From assembly GCA_023428905.1 (NCBI GenBank), contig JAEYWP010000016.1, positions 232,454 through 296,453 on the forward strand: a DNA stretch of 64,000 nucleotides, written 5' to 3'. The stretch comes from Verrucomicrobiota bacterium. Lineage in GTDB: Bacteria; Verrucomicrobiota; Verrucomicrobiia; Opitutales; Opitutaceae. Made by a program: the position numbers and the translations under genes. Below the pieces are notes generated by a model that saw only the letters and a list, made by a program, of their open reading frames with translations, did no database searches and was not told the DNA's origin. Each line of letters opens with the position of its first letter. Within the stretch, counting starts at the first letter, position 1. Below are positions 52,290 to 63,957 of this stretch, one piece after another.

Positions 52290-52603
52290 GCGGAAAAACG
52301 GTGAACGTACAGACGTGCGCGAGCCTCACCATCCTATTTTCGATTTCGTCTTTAGCGGACGTGGGTGGCGCCAGGCGTGCCAGACCGCTGAGGCCCAAAA
52401 AAGACCTTGGTCGCCAAAGTCTGAGCAGTGTTTGGGAGTCCCTGCGGAGTCGCGACGGGCGGCGGTAGGTAGAATGCCACCCTCACTTAACAAGGCTTTT
52501 ACATCCTATTTACGGTTAGTTGCAACCACTTGGCGCGTCGTAAGGGAAACCCCTAAAAAATTAAAGATTCCTAGAAAGAATCCGTAGAATTTCCGGAACA
52601 CCT

Positions 52604-52771
52604 ATGCTACAAGCTTTCGCAGTTACCCACCCCATTATGGTCATCGCGATTGCCGTGCTTGCTGCTTTCTATTTCACGGGCGTCTACTTGTTGGTCAGCT
52701 CGCTTTCCCAAGAACCCGAGTGGTTCGAGGATGAAAATGGCGAACTGCACCATCTGCCCCGTTCACACTGA
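52604..52771 (+). CDS. Candidate 55-aa single-TM small protein (MLQAFAVTHPIMVIAIAVLAAFYFTGVYLLVSSLSQEPEWFEDENGELHHLPRSH). It falls below the 60-aa ORF-track cutoff.
   Basis: ATG...TGA read manually; hydrophobic 23-aa core then an acidic tail; sits in a low-GC 530-bp divergent intergenic island 48 bp upstream of rlmI. Confidence 0.35.
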   Translation: MLQAFAVTHPIMVIAIAVLAAFYFTGVYLLVSSLSQEPEWFEDENGELHHLPRSH

Positions 52772-52819
52772 CGCAGTTTAAGCTTCCGCGCCGCGGGGTC
52801 CGCACGATGATGCGGGGCC

Positions 52820-53989
52820 ATGTCGGTTTTTTTGAAGCTTAAGGCCAACGCGAAACCTCGGGTCCTTTCCGGACACCCCTGGGTCTTTGCGAACGAAGTC
52901 GATGCCCTGCTCGGGCCGCAGCATGATGGCGAAGTCGTGGAATGCCGCGACCGCACTGGTCGGCTGCTGGGCACCGGGATCTACAACAGCAAGTCGCAGA
53001 TTTGCTGGCGGCGGCTGAGCCGCGACCGCGTAACTCTTGATGCGGCGTTTCTCGGCGCCGCCCTGGACAAGGCGATCCTTCGTCGCAGCTCGCTGCCGGC
53101 GGGACTGACGCAGGGCGTTCGGCGTTTGGTCTGGTCAGAATCAGACGGGTTGCCCGGCGTGGTGGTAGACCAATTTGGCGAGGTGCTGGTCGTCCAGCTG
53201 CAGACGCTGGCAATGGAGAAGCGGCGCGACCTGATCGGGGGACTCCTGCAGGAGCGCCTTCAACCGGCCGAGATCGTCTACCGTCATGATGGCTCGATCC
53301 GGCGACTGGAGGGGCTTCCGCTCGAGGTGTTGACCGCGAGTGGACGTTCGCTCGAGCCCGGCTGGAGGGAAATTGACGGCTTCGACTATTTCCTCGACCT
53401 GCAAGGCGCTCAGAAGACCGGTTTTTATCTGGACCAGCGCGAGCAGCACCAGCGGGTGGCGCGGCTCTGTGCCGGGAAGCGGGTGCTGGACGCCTTCTGC
53501 AACCAGGGACCGTTCGCCCTCCACGCGGCTCGTGCCGGGGCCTGCGTCGTTCGCGGGCTCGACAGTGCGGAGGAGGCGATTGCGCAGGCGCGCCAGAATG
53601 CCGCGCGCAACCGCGTCGCGGCCGAGTTTTCGGTGGTCAACGTCTTCGACTATTTCAACGAGCGGAAGGACGAGACCTGGGACGTGATCGTGCTCGATCC
53701 GCCGCCCTTCGCGAAATCCAAGAGCGCACTTGAGGGGGCGCTGCGTGGATACAAGGAGATCAATCTCCGCGCCCTGCAGCGCCTTGCTCCGGGCGGGGTG
53801 CTCGCGACTTACACCTGTTCGCACCACATGCAGGATGCAGAACTGCGCCGGGTGCTCGCCGAGGCCGCGGCGGACGCGCGCCGCCAGGTCCGCGTGATCG
53901 AATTCGCGCATCAGCCCGCCGATCATCCGGTGCTCATCACCATGCCTGAGAGCGAGTACCTGCGAGGCTATATCCTGCGCGTGGACTGA
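52820..53989 (+). CDS. rlmI: Class I SAM-dependent rRNA methyltransferase, RlmI/RlmK-like (PUA plus MTase)
   Basis: N-terminal PUA-like region (…LSGHPWVFANEV…) and Rossmann MTase region (…VLDAFCNQGPFALHAA…VIVLDPPPFAKSK). Confidence 0.8.
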   Translation: MSVFLKLKANAKPRVLSGHPWVFANEVDALLGPQHDGEVVECRDRTGRLLGTGIYNSKSQICWRRLSRDRVTLDAAFLGAALDKAILRRSSLPAGLTQGVRRLVWSESDGLPGVVVDQFGEVLVVQLQTLAMEKRRDLIGGLLQERLQPAEIVYRHDGSIRRLEGLPLEVLTASGRSLEPGWREIDGFDYFLDLQGAQKTGFYLDQREQHQRVARLCAGKRVLDAFCNQGPFALHAARAGACVVRGLDSAEEAIAQARQNAARNRVAAEFSVVNVFDYFNERKDETWDVIVLDPPPFAKSKSALEGALRGYKEINLRALQRLAPGGVLATYTCSHHMQDAELRRVLAEAAADARRQVRVIEFAHQPADHPVLITMPESEYLRGYILRVD

Positions 53990-54047
53990 GTGTGGCGGCG
54001 GTAAGCATTTGCGATTCCGCCCGCATTGCGCACTTAAGGAAGCCTGT

Positions 54048-55463
54048 ATGTCCGAACTTGCCTTTGATGCCCTCCGTTCGTCGCTCAGCGCGCAGCCGCT
54101 TTTCGAGGACAAGACGTGGCAGCTCTCGCCGGACGCCTGGCCGCTCACCCCGGACCAGGTGACTCAACTGGAGGCGATCGGGGCGGCGTGCCTGGAGTAT
54201 CACCAGGCGCTCGAGACGCTTTATCTTCGCTCCCTCGCGGGCAAAAATCTTCTGCGGAATAAGCCGCTGGTCACACCCTGGGTGGTGGATTACCTGGACA
54301 GGGGGAAGCCCGCGCACCTCCTGGAGCACGCACGCGATCCCAGGAACCGGGGTGCGTTTCCGACCGTGCTGCGTCCCGACCTGCTCCTGACGGAAGAGGG
54401 GTTTGTCATGACGGAGCTCGATTCCGTGCCCGGTGGAATCGGTCTGACGGCTTTCTTCAACCGGCTCTATGAAGGCGGCGCCGCGCCAGAGGGGGCGGCC
54501 ATTCTCGGAGCGGGTGACCTGATGATCCGGCGCTTCTATGAATCGCTCGCGGCGTTGCGCCCGGACCTGCGATCTCCGTTGATCGCGCTGGTCGTGAGCG
54601 ACGAGGCAGCCACCTACCGGCCGGAGATGCAGTGGCTCGCAGCTCAGCTGCAGCTGGAGGGGAAACGGGTGTTCTGCCTGGACCCGGAGGAAGTCTTCCC
54701 GCTCGGCACCTCCCTCTGTTTCGATGTCGAAGGCAACCCGGAGAAGATCGACATCATCTACCGCTTCTTCGAGCTGTTCGACTTGGGGAACCTGCGGTCG
54801 GCCTCGTTCTTCTTTGATGCATGGCAGGCAGGCGAGGTGGCGATTGCGCCCCCGATGCGACCGTTTCAGGAAGAGAAGCTGGGCTTGGCGCTTTTCCATC
54901 ACCATCTCCTTGCCGACTTCTGGGCCGAAACCCTGAGCGGGCGGGCGCTCAAGCTGCTACGGCAACTCATCCCGGCCTCCTGGATCATGGATCCTGCCCC
55001 GCTCCCTCCCGGAGCCGTCCTCGACGGCCCCCGCGTGGGCGGTCGGCAGCTGACGGATTGGCGGCAGCTGGCGGGGGCGTCTCAGAAGGAGCGCGACCTG
55101 ATCATCAAAATCAGCGGGTTCCACGAAACAGCCTGGGGCGCCCGCAGCGTGGTGCTCGGCAGCGACTGCTCGCGCGAGGAATGGCAGGCCGGCGTGGACA
55201 TCGCGATCCAGGACGCGCCGACCAACCTGCATCTCCTGCAGGCCTACCGAAAGCCGATCCGGGTCAAGCACCCTGTATTCGATAAGGAACAACAGGTCCG
55301 CGAAGTGGATGGGCGTCTGCGGCTCTGCCCCTACTATTTTGTGCGCGCCGGCAAGGCCCAGCTCAGCGGGGCTCTCGCCACCTTCTGCCCACCCGACAAG
55401 AAGATCATTCATGGCATGCAGGACGCAGCCCTCCTGCCGTGCCGTATCCGGCTACCGGCCTGA
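54048..55463 (+). CDS. Conserved hypothetical protein, probably a circularly permuted ATP-grasp-type amidoligase. Start placed at MSELAFDAL with an AGGAAG RBS.
   Basis: An ATP-grasp C-terminal Mg-binding loop pattern (RPDLLLTEEGFVMTELDSVPGG, compare D-Ala-D-Ala ligase RVDFFLDGELYLNEINTIPG) occurs near residue 110-135. A pre-ATP-grasp-like region (IALVVSDEA…LEGKRVFCLD) and a K-strand-like region (DLIIKISGFHETAWGARSVVLG) follow it. Confidence 0.5.
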   Translation: MSELAFDALRSSLSAQPLFEDKTWQLSPDAWPLTPDQVTQLEAIGAACLEYHQALETLYLRSLAGKNLLRNKPLVTPWVVDYLDRGKPAHLLEHARDPRNRGAFPTVLRPDLLLTEEGFVMTELDSVPGGIGLTAFFNRLYEGGAAPEGAAILGAGDLMIRRFYESLAALRPDLRSPLIALVVSDEAATYRPEMQWLAAQLQLEGKRVFCLDPEEVFPLGTSLCFDVEGNPEKIDIIYRFFELFDLGNLRSASFFFDAWQAGEVAIAPPMRPFQEEKLGLALFHHHLLADFWAETLSGRALKLLRQLIPASWIMDPAPLPPGAVLDGPRVGGRQLTDWRQLAGASQKERDLIIKISGFHETAWGARSVVLGSDCSREEWQAGVDIAIQDAPTNLHLLQAYRKPIRVKHPVFDKEQQVREVDGRLRLCPYYFVRAGKAQLSGALATFCPPDKKIIHGMQDAALLPCRIRLPA

Positions 55464-55574
55464 GGACCGGACGGGGAGGGCCGCATGGTCGGTCGCGTCG
55501 ACCTCGGTCGAACCCAGGTCGCGTTTTTTCGATTTGCCCGCGGCGGCAAAGCCTGTCTGTTAAGCGTCACCTCG

Positions 55575-57901
<2,327 letters not shown>

Positions 57902-57915
57902 GCCCTTTCTCCGAC

Positions 57916-59205
57916 GTGAAACTCGTCGTCTTCTCCCCGGAGCAGCATCGGCCTGACGAGCCTGCCCTGGTCCGCGCCCTTCTGGCTCAAGGGTTGGAAC
58001 GCTACCACGTGCGCAAGCCCACCTGGTCGCGCGACCAGCTGCAGGCGTGGCTCTCGGCCTTTACGCCGGTGGAGCGGGCCCGGATGGTGACACACACCCA
58101 TCACGACCTGGCCGGACCCTTGGGGGTGGGGGGCATCCATGCCCGCGATCAGCCCGCACGTGCAGCGGACGGGGCGGACGCCAGCCGGGTCGGTGGCTTT
58201 CGCAGCCGCTCCTGCCACCGCGTCGCCGACCTCGCCGAGGCGCTGCCCGCGAACGACGCGGTCTTCATCAGCCCATTGTTCCCCTCGTATTCAAAACCGG
58301 GTTACGGAAGCGGTGCTCCGGTCCTTCGGTCGGAACTGGAGGTGTTTCTTTCTCCCTCAGCGCGGGCGGCGCGTGCCGGCCGCGGAGGCCTGGTGTTCGG
58401 CCTGGGAGGCGTCAACGAGGCGAGGGTGGCGGAATGCCAGCGCCTGGGCCTGGACGGCGTGGGAGTCTTGGGGGCGGTCTGGCATGCGTCCGACCCGCTG
58501 GAGGCCTTCCGGCGCCTCCAGGCGGTGTGCCGGGCGGCCGCCGGGCTGCACCCGGTGCTTCCGATCACACAGGATGGCCTGCCATTCTCCCACGAGGAGC
58601 AGGCGGAGCAGCTCTGCGAGGGCGGGGCGGAGTGGATCCAGCTGCGCATGAAAGGCGCCGCTCCGGAGGCATGGGTCGCCACGGCTCGTCGGGTGGTCGA
58701 GGTCTGCCGGCGCCACCGGGCGCGGTGTGTGGTCAACGACAGTGTCGACGTCGCTCTGGCGGCAGGCGCTGACGGCGTGCACCTGGGCAGCCAGGACCTG
58801 GACTGGCGGGAGGCGCGGGCGCGGCTCGGGGCGGGCCGCATCCTTGGCGGCACTGTGAATTCGCTGGAGGATGCCGCGCGGGCCGTGTCCGTGCGGGTGC
58901 TTGACTATGTCGGTGTTGGGCCCTGGCGCTTCACCACCACGAAAAAGAAGCTCTCGCCCGTTCTCGGGCCGGCGGGTGTGGGCGGGGTGATCTCCGCCCT
59001 GGACGGCCTGCCTGCGTGGGTGATTGGCGGCATCACCCGCGCCGATCTTCCAGACGTCTGTGCCGCCGGTGCGGCTGGCGTCGCGGTTTCCTCCGCCCTG
59101 CTCGCCGGTGGCCTGGAGCGGGTCGAGGGCGCTTTCCGTTCGTTTTCCGCCGCCTGGCCCCAGCTGCGGGAGGCTCGGACTTATTCTTCAGTATCCCATT
59201 TATGA
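57916..59205 (+). CDS. thiE: Thiamine-phosphate synthase, tandem double ThiE/TMP-TENI domain (about 429 aa). Start is uncertain; a GTG candidate lies at 57916.
   Basis: C-terminal half is a canonical ThiE (…[24 protein letters not shown]…[13 protein letters not shown]…VIGGIT…); the N-terminal half is a second, divergent ThiE-like domain (…[18 protein letters not shown]…). Confidence 0.75.
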   Translation: MKLVVFSPEQHRPDEPALVRALLAQGLERYHVRKPTWSRDQLQAWLSAFTPVERARMVTHTHHDLAGPLGVGGIHARDQPARAADGADASRVGGFRSRSCHRVADLAEALPANDAVFISPLFPSYSKPGYGSGAPVLRSELEVFLSPSARAARAGRGGLVFGLGGVNEARVAECQRLGLDGVGVLGAVWHASDPLEAFRRLQAVCRAAAGLHPVLPITQDGLPFSHEEQAEQLCEGGAEWIQLRMKGAAPEAWVATARRVVEVCRRHRARCVVNDSVDVALAAGADGVHLGSQDLDWREARARLGAGRILGGTVNSLEDAARAVSVRVLDYVGVGPWRFTTTKKKLSPVLGPAGVGGVISALDGLPAWVIGGITRADLPDVCAAGAAGVAVSSALLAGGLERVEGAFRSFSAAWPQLREARTYSSVSHL

Positions 59206-59993
59206 CTACCACTCCGCTTGTGATTGCAGGCGTCACGCTCAGCTCCCGCCTGTTTCTTGGCACGGGCAAATACCGGTCCGGCTCCCTCATGTCCGAGAGC
59301 CTTGCCGCCAGCGGCACGGAACTGGTGACGGTGGCGCTGCGGCGGGTCCGCACCGACGGAACCGCGGATGACATCCTCGGGCAGCTGGACCGGTCCCGCT
59401 ACCGTCTCCTGCCCAATACCTCGGGGGTGCGCGATGCGAGGGAGGCGGTCCTCGCGGCCGAGCTGGCGCGGGAGGCGCTCGAGACCGAATGGGTGAAACT
59501 GGAGATCCACCCCGATCCGAAGTACTTGATGCCCGATCCGGTCGAAACCCTGCGGGCGACACAAGAGCTGGTGAAACGTGGTTTTGTGGTTCTGCCGTAC
59601 GTCCATGCCGACCCTGTGCTGTGCAAACAGCTGGAAGAGGCTGGGGCCGCGGCGGTGATGCCGCTGGGCGCTCCCATCGGGAGTAACCGAGGCCTGGAGT
59701 CGCGCGCCTTCCTGGAGATCATTCTTGCCCAGGCCAATGTCCCCGTGGTGATCGATGCCGGCCTCGGCGCACCCTCGCATGCGGCGGAGGCGTTGGAAAT
59801 GGGGGCGGACGCCGTCCTTGTGAACACGGCAGTTGCCGCCGCGGAGGACCCGGTGGCGATGGGGCTTGCCTTCAAGCTGGGCGTTGAGGCCGGCCGGCTG
59901 GCCTATGAGTCGGGTCTGGCGGCGCGCTCCACCCGCGCGCTGGCGCACGGCACGTCGCCCCTTACTGCCTTCCTCAGCGAGGCTGGCGCATGA
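59202..59993 (+). CDS. thiG: Thiazole synthase
   Basis: [24 protein letters not shown]…; 263 aa; ATGA overlaps at both ends. Confidence 0.9.
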   Translation: MTTTPLVIAGVTLSSRLFLGTGKYRSGSLMSESLAASGTELVTVALRRVRTDGTADDILGQLDRSRYRLLPNTSGVRDAREAVLAAELAREALETEWVKLEIHPDPKYLMPDPVETLRATQELVKRGFVVLPYVHADPVLCKQLEEAGAAAVMPLGAPIGSNRGLESRAFLEIILAQANVPVVIDAGLGAPSHAAEALEMGADAVLVNTAVAAAEDPVAMGLAFKLGVEAGRLAYESGLAARSTRALAHGTSPLTAFLSEAGA

Positions 59994-61156
59994 GCTTCAT
60001 CGACGTTTGGAAACAGCACAGCTTCGAGGGGGTGTCTGCTGCGATCGCGGACCTCACGGCGGCAGAGGTGAGACTGGCGCTGACCCGGGTGCGCTCGGGC
60101 CTGTCGGTCCACGACCTGCAGGCGCTGCTCTCGCCCGCGGCGGTCCCGTTCCTGGAGGAGATGGCACAGCTCAGCCATCGTCTCACCGTTGAACGGTTCG
60201 GCCACACCATGCAGCTGTACGCGCCGCTCTACCTCTCGAACGTCTGCGCGAACATCTGCACCTACTGCGGCTTCAGCGCGCAGAACCGGATTCCGCGAAA
60301 GGTTTTGACCGATGCGGAGACCCTGGCGGACGCGCGGGTGCTGAAGGAGCTCGGTTTTGACCATGTCCTGCTCGTCACCGGTGAGACCAGCCGGGTGGGG
60401 GTGCCGTACCTGGCAAATGCACTGCGCCTCCTGCGGCCCCATTTCTCCAATCTTTCCGTGGAGGTGCAGCCGCTGGATCAGGAGGAGTATGAGACGTTGA
60501 TCGCCGCCGGTCTGAGCGCGGTCCTGGTGTATCAGGAAACCTATGACCCGGCGGTGTACCGGCGCCACCACCTCTCCGGTCCGAAGTCGGACATGGCGTA
60601 CCGGCTGGAGACGCCTGACCGGCTGGGCCGGGCCGGGGTCAAGAAAATCGGGCTGGGCGGGCTTTACGGCCTGGCCGAATGGCGGACGGAGGCCTGGTTT
60701 GCCGGGCTTCATCTCCGGTACCTCGAGCGTCAGTATTGGAGAACACGTTACAGCCTTTCTTTCCCCCGGCTGCGGCCGCACGAGGGGAGCGACATCCCGC
60801 TCACGCCCTTTCATGAACGCGACCTCGTCCAGGCGGTGTGTGCCTTCCGCCTCTTTAGCCCGGAAGTCGAACTCTCGCTCTCAACCCGGGAGAGTGTGGC
60901 CTTCCGCAACCAGGCCTTCCGCCTCGGGTTCACCTCGATGAGCGCCGGCTCGCGCACCAACCCCGGAGGCTACACCAGTGCTCCGGAATCACTTGAGCAA
61001 TTTGCTGTCAACGACGACCGCGGCCCCGCCGAGGTGGCGGCTTTTCTGCGCTCAAAAGGTTATGAGCCGGTTTGGAAAGACTGGGATCCGACATATGATG
61101 GTTTCCGTCGGGCCGAAGCCATCCCTGCCCAAGGGGTGTCGGTGGTGGGAGCCTGA
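59990..61156 (+). CDS. thiH: 2-iminoacetate synthase (tyrosine lyase, radical SAM)
   Basis: [10 protein letters not shown] radical SAM motif; 388 aa; follows thiG. Confidence 0.88.
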   Translation: MSFIDVWKQHSFEGVSAAIADLTAAEVRLALTRVRSGLSVHDLQALLSPAAVPFLEEMAQLSHRLTVERFGHTMQLYAPLYLSNVCANICTYCGFSAQNRIPRKVLTDAETLADARVLKELGFDHVLLVTGETSRVGVPYLANALRLLRPHFSNLSVEVQPLDQEEYETLIAAGLSAVLVYQETYDPAVYRRHHLSGPKSDMAYRLETPDRLGRAGVKKIGLGGLYGLAEWRTEAWFAGLHLRYLERQYWRTRYSLSFPRLRPHEGSDIPLTPFHERDLVQAVCAFRLFSPEVELSLSTRESVAFRNQAFRLGFTSMSAGSRTNPGGYTSAPESLEQFAVNDDRGPAEVAAFLRSKGYEPVWKDWDPTYDGFRRAEAIPAQGVSVVGA

Positions 61157-61174
61157 AAATCACACCTGCCTGCC

Positions 61175-62302
61175 ATGAGCCTGACCCCTGGAGAAGTTGC
61201 CCGTTACCAGCGACACCTGTCCCTGCCCGGTTTTGGACCGGCCGCGCAGGAGAAACTCAAACGCGGCCGTGTCCTTGTGATCGGCGCGGGTGGGCTGGGG
61301 TCTCCCGCGCTCCTCTATCTCGCGGCCGCGGGGGTGGGGCGGATTGTGATCGTGGATGCGGACAAGGTGGACGTGTCCAACCTCCAGCGGCAGGTGCTGT
61401 ACGGGGAGGCCGATGAGGGCGTGCTCAAGGTGGAGGCGGCGGCCAGGCGCCTGCGTGCCATGAACCCCTTCGTCGAGGTCGTCACCCATGCCGAGCGTTT
61501 TAGCCGCACCAACGCGCTCACGCTGTTGAAGGACGTGGACCTGGTGGTGGATGGTTCGGACAATTTTCCCACCCGTTACCTGGTCAATGACGCGTGTGTC
61601 CTCGCCAATCGTCCGCTGGTGTACGGCGCCATCTTCGGATTCGAGGGGCAGGTGAGTGTCTTCAACTGGAAGGGCGGGCCCACCTACCGGTGTCTCTTCC
61701 CGGAACCGCCGGAGGCGGGGACGGTGCCCAATTGTGCGGAGGGTGGCGTGCTCGGCGTGCTGCCCGGGTTGATCGGGACCATGCAGGCCTGCGAGGCGAT
61801 CAAGCTTCTCACCGGCGTGGGCGAACCGCTGTCCGGGCGCCTCCTTCTGTGGAACGCGCTCACCCAGAGCACGCAGGTGTTGAAACTTTCCTCCGATCCC
61901 AGGAGCCGTGACATCAAGGAACTTCCGCCGGAGAACTATGGCGCCGTCTGTGCGGTGGAGCCACAGGTGCCGGAGGTGGAGGTCGGCGTTGTTTACGCGG
62001 CCACCGAGGGTTCGCATCGACGGAAGCTTCAATTGATCGACGTGCGGGAAACGTGGGAACGCGAACAGGGGGCGATCCTCCCGTCGTTGCATGTGCCGCT
62101 GGGCGACCTGGAGAGCGGCGACGGCGCGTCCGTCCTGCGGGGTCTCGAACCCGGCGCGGAGACGGTGGTGTATTGCGCCTCCGGGCGCCGGAGCCTCAGA
62201 GGTGCGTCGCTCCTGCGCGAACGGTACGGTTTCAAAGCGCCGAGCAGCCTGCGCGGGGGTTTCAAGGCGTGGTCAGCCGCTGGCTACGCAGCAGGCATTT
62301 GA
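61175..62302 (+). CDS. thiF: ThiF/MoeB-family adenylyltransferase with a C-terminal rhodanese domain (ThiF/MoeZ-like)
   Basis: E1-like Rossmann (VLVIGAGGLGSPALLYLAAAGVGRI), CxxC-less middle, C-terminal rhodanese with active-site Cys (VVYCASGRRS). Confidence 0.85.
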   Translation: MSLTPGEVARYQRHLSLPGFGPAAQEKLKRGRVLVIGAGGLGSPALLYLAAAGVGRIVIVDADKVDVSNLQRQVLYGEADEGVLKVEAAARRLRAMNPFVEVVTHAERFSRTNALTLLKDVDLVVDGSDNFPTRYLVNDACVLANRPLVYGAIFGFEGQVSVFNWKGGPTYRCLFPEPPEAGTVPNCAEGGVLGVLPGLIGTMQACEAIKLLTGVGEPLSGRLLLWNALTQSTQVLKLSSDPRSRDIKELPPENYGAVCAVEPQVPEVEVGVVYAATEGSHRRKLQLIDVRETWEREQGAILPSLHVPLGDLESGDGASVLRGLEPGAETVVYCASGRRSLRGASLLRERYGFKAPSSLRGGFKAWSAAGYAAGI

Positions 62303-62387
62303 CCCGTCGGTGTCAGTGATCTGCGGGGCGCCGTTGCGCCCAACACGGACGCGCCTTGCGGGGGGAAGGATCCGGTGTCAGCCGCCG

Positions 62388-62591
62388 TCAGGACCGCCGC
62401 CGGACGTACCGGTAGAGACCGACGATGGCCGCGGCGACAATCACCGTGCCCAACACCCAGTCCAGGTGGACGTGGGTGCCCGCGATCTCCCAGACGAGCT
62501 CATGGCCGTCGTGCCCCGGATGTGCGTGGGCGGCCAGGGGGAGGGCGGTGACCAGCAAGAGCAGGCGGGAAGGATGCGAGAATTTCATCAC
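62388..62591 (-). CDS. Small (67 aa) exported His-rich protein with a C-terminal TM anchor
   Basis: Signal peptide (…LPLAAHA), HPGHDGHE His-rich motif, hydrophobic helix (VLGTVIVAAAIVGLY) and basic tail (RRRS); weak RBS. Confidence 0.4.
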   Translation of the reverse strand: MMKFSHPSRLLLLVTALPLAAHAHPGHDGHELVWEIAGTHVHLDWVLGTVIVAAAIVGLYRYVRRRS

Positions 62592-62637
62592 AGCTTTGGT
62601 TTGGATGAGAGGCAGAGCACGTGGCGGGCCAGCCCGG

Positions 62638-63399
62638 TCAGAGTTTCAGAGTCCCAAGCAATTGCTTGGTGAGGAAGGCGGTCTGAAGCGCGGCCAGCTC
62701 CTTCATGCCTTTCTGGGCGAGGGCGAGCAGGCTCTGGAGTTCCTCGTAGGAGAAAGTCGCCTCCTCACCGCTTCCCTGCACTTCGACGAACTGGCCCTTG
62801 CCGGTCATGACCACGTTAAAATCGACCGCGGCATCCTTGTCTTCAACGTAGGCCAGGTCGAGGAGTTCGCGCCCCTCGAACATCCCCACGCTGACTGCGG
62901 CGACAGAGTCAATCACGGGGTTTTCGGGGATGCGCCGCTCGTCGAGGAGCTTTTGCACCGCCAGGCGGGTGGCCAGGTAAGCTCCGGTGATGGAGGCGGT
63001 GCGCGTGCCACCATCGGCTTGGAGGACGTCGCAATCCACCCACAACGTATTGTCGCCCAGCTTGTTGAGGTCCACCACCGCCCGCAGGGAGCGGCCGATC
63101 AGACGCTGGATTTCAACGGTCCGGCCGTCGATCTTGCCCTTGGAGATGTCGCGCTGCTTGCGGTCGTGCGTGCTGTAGGGAAGCATCGAATACTCCGCGG
63201 TCAGCCAGCCCCCGCGAATGCCCTGCTGGCGCATCCAGGTGGGGACCTTGGGTTCGATCGTGGCCGCACAGATCACGCGGGTGTGCCCAAAACTGACGAG
63301 CACGGAGCCGGTGGCGTGGGGCGCGATGTTGGCTTCGAAGGTGACCGCGCGGAGCTGGTCGGGACGGCGCCCGTCGGCGCGGGCTGGAACGCTACTCAT
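62638..63399 (-). CDS. rph: Ribonuclease PH. Start at MSSVPARADGRRPDQLR; the ORF-track 5' part is an extension over repeat DNA.
   Basis: Conserved RNase PH regions (…RPDQLR…ADGGTRTASITGA…), about 253 aa. Confidence 0.88.
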   Translation of the reverse strand: MSSVPARADGRRPDQLRAVTFEANIAPHATGSVLVSFGHTRVICAATIEPKVPTWMRQQGIRGGWLTAEYSMLPYSTHDRKQRDISKGKIDGRTVEIQRLIGRSLRAVVDLNKLGDNTLWVDCDVLQADGGTRTASITGAYLATRLAVQKLLDERRIPENPVIDSVAAVSVGMFEGRELLDLAYVEDKDAAVDFNVVMTGKGQFVEVQGSGEEATFSYEELQSLLALAQKGMKELAALQTAFLTKQLLGTLKL

Positions 63400-63463
63400 T
63401 GGCCAAGACAGGCGGGCCGAAGCGGATGCGGCAAGGAGGAACGCGCGCCTGCCGGAGGCGGGC

Positions 63464-63643
63464 GCGCGAATGACGAAGTTCGAAGCGCGAATGACGAACG
63501 CGCGCCGGAGGCGCGCGCAGTGACCAATGAGCCAAGGCCAATGAGCCAGGGCCAGTGACCGGTGCTCAGGAACTTCACAACTGCGCGGTCGAGAGGAGAA
63601 GGTGTGGGCGATCGCGAATCGCGAATCGCGTCTCACGAATCAC
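63464..63643. repeat. Cluster of short direct repeats upstream of rph: GCGCGAATGACGAA x2 (period 21), CCAATGAGCCA x2 (period 14) flanked by CAGTGACC x2, CGCGAAT x3 (period 7), CACGAATCAC
   Basis: Read directly from the sequence; a related AATGACGAA pair with the same 21-bp period lies upstream of rlmN (11598..11627). Confidence 0.8.
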
Positions 63644-63957
63644 TCCACGTTTTCTGCTCTCGGGCGGCGGCGTTCGGGCGGCAGGACTTCGATGAGTTGG
63701 TTAGGGGTGCCGGGGCCGGCTTTCCGGAGGACGAAGGCGTCGTAAAGGCGGCCGACGGCGGTGCGCGCTTCATAACGAATCTCTTCCGGGCTCACCTGTA
63801 CGACTTGGTAAAGCTGGGTGTCTTCCGCGGTGCGCACGGCGAAGGAGTCGTTGGTGATGTTGTACATCTTGGGTCCGCTGACCGAGACAACGTAGACCGT
63901 GCCGATGGCGGGATCGTAAGCCGCGGGCGTTCCCTCCATCACATTCTTCGAACCCAC
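63640..63957 (-). CDS. Hypothetical protein (105 aa in the ORF track; may extend beyond the window edge)
   Basis: ORF only, with no motif recognised; its codon usage is consistent with the genome. Confidence 0.35.
   Translation of the reverse strand: MGSKNVMEGTPAAYDPAIGTVYVVSVSGPKMYNITNDSFAVRTAEDTQLYQVVQVSPEEIRYEARTAVGRLYDAFVLRKAGPGTPNQLIEVLPPERRRPRAENVE

Noticed and set aside
52684-52974. 96-aa minus ORF in the prfC/rlmI intergenic region
   Set aside because: It overlaps the rlmI start and lies antisense to the better-supported 55-aa plus-strand ORF. It has no RBS and no hydrophobic or domain features.
63601-63640. CGCGAAT x3 tandem, considered as a possible CRISPR or VNTR
   Set aside because: Only about 3 units of 7 bp, with no spacer structure and no cas genes. 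It is treated as part of the short-repeat cluster upstream of rph.
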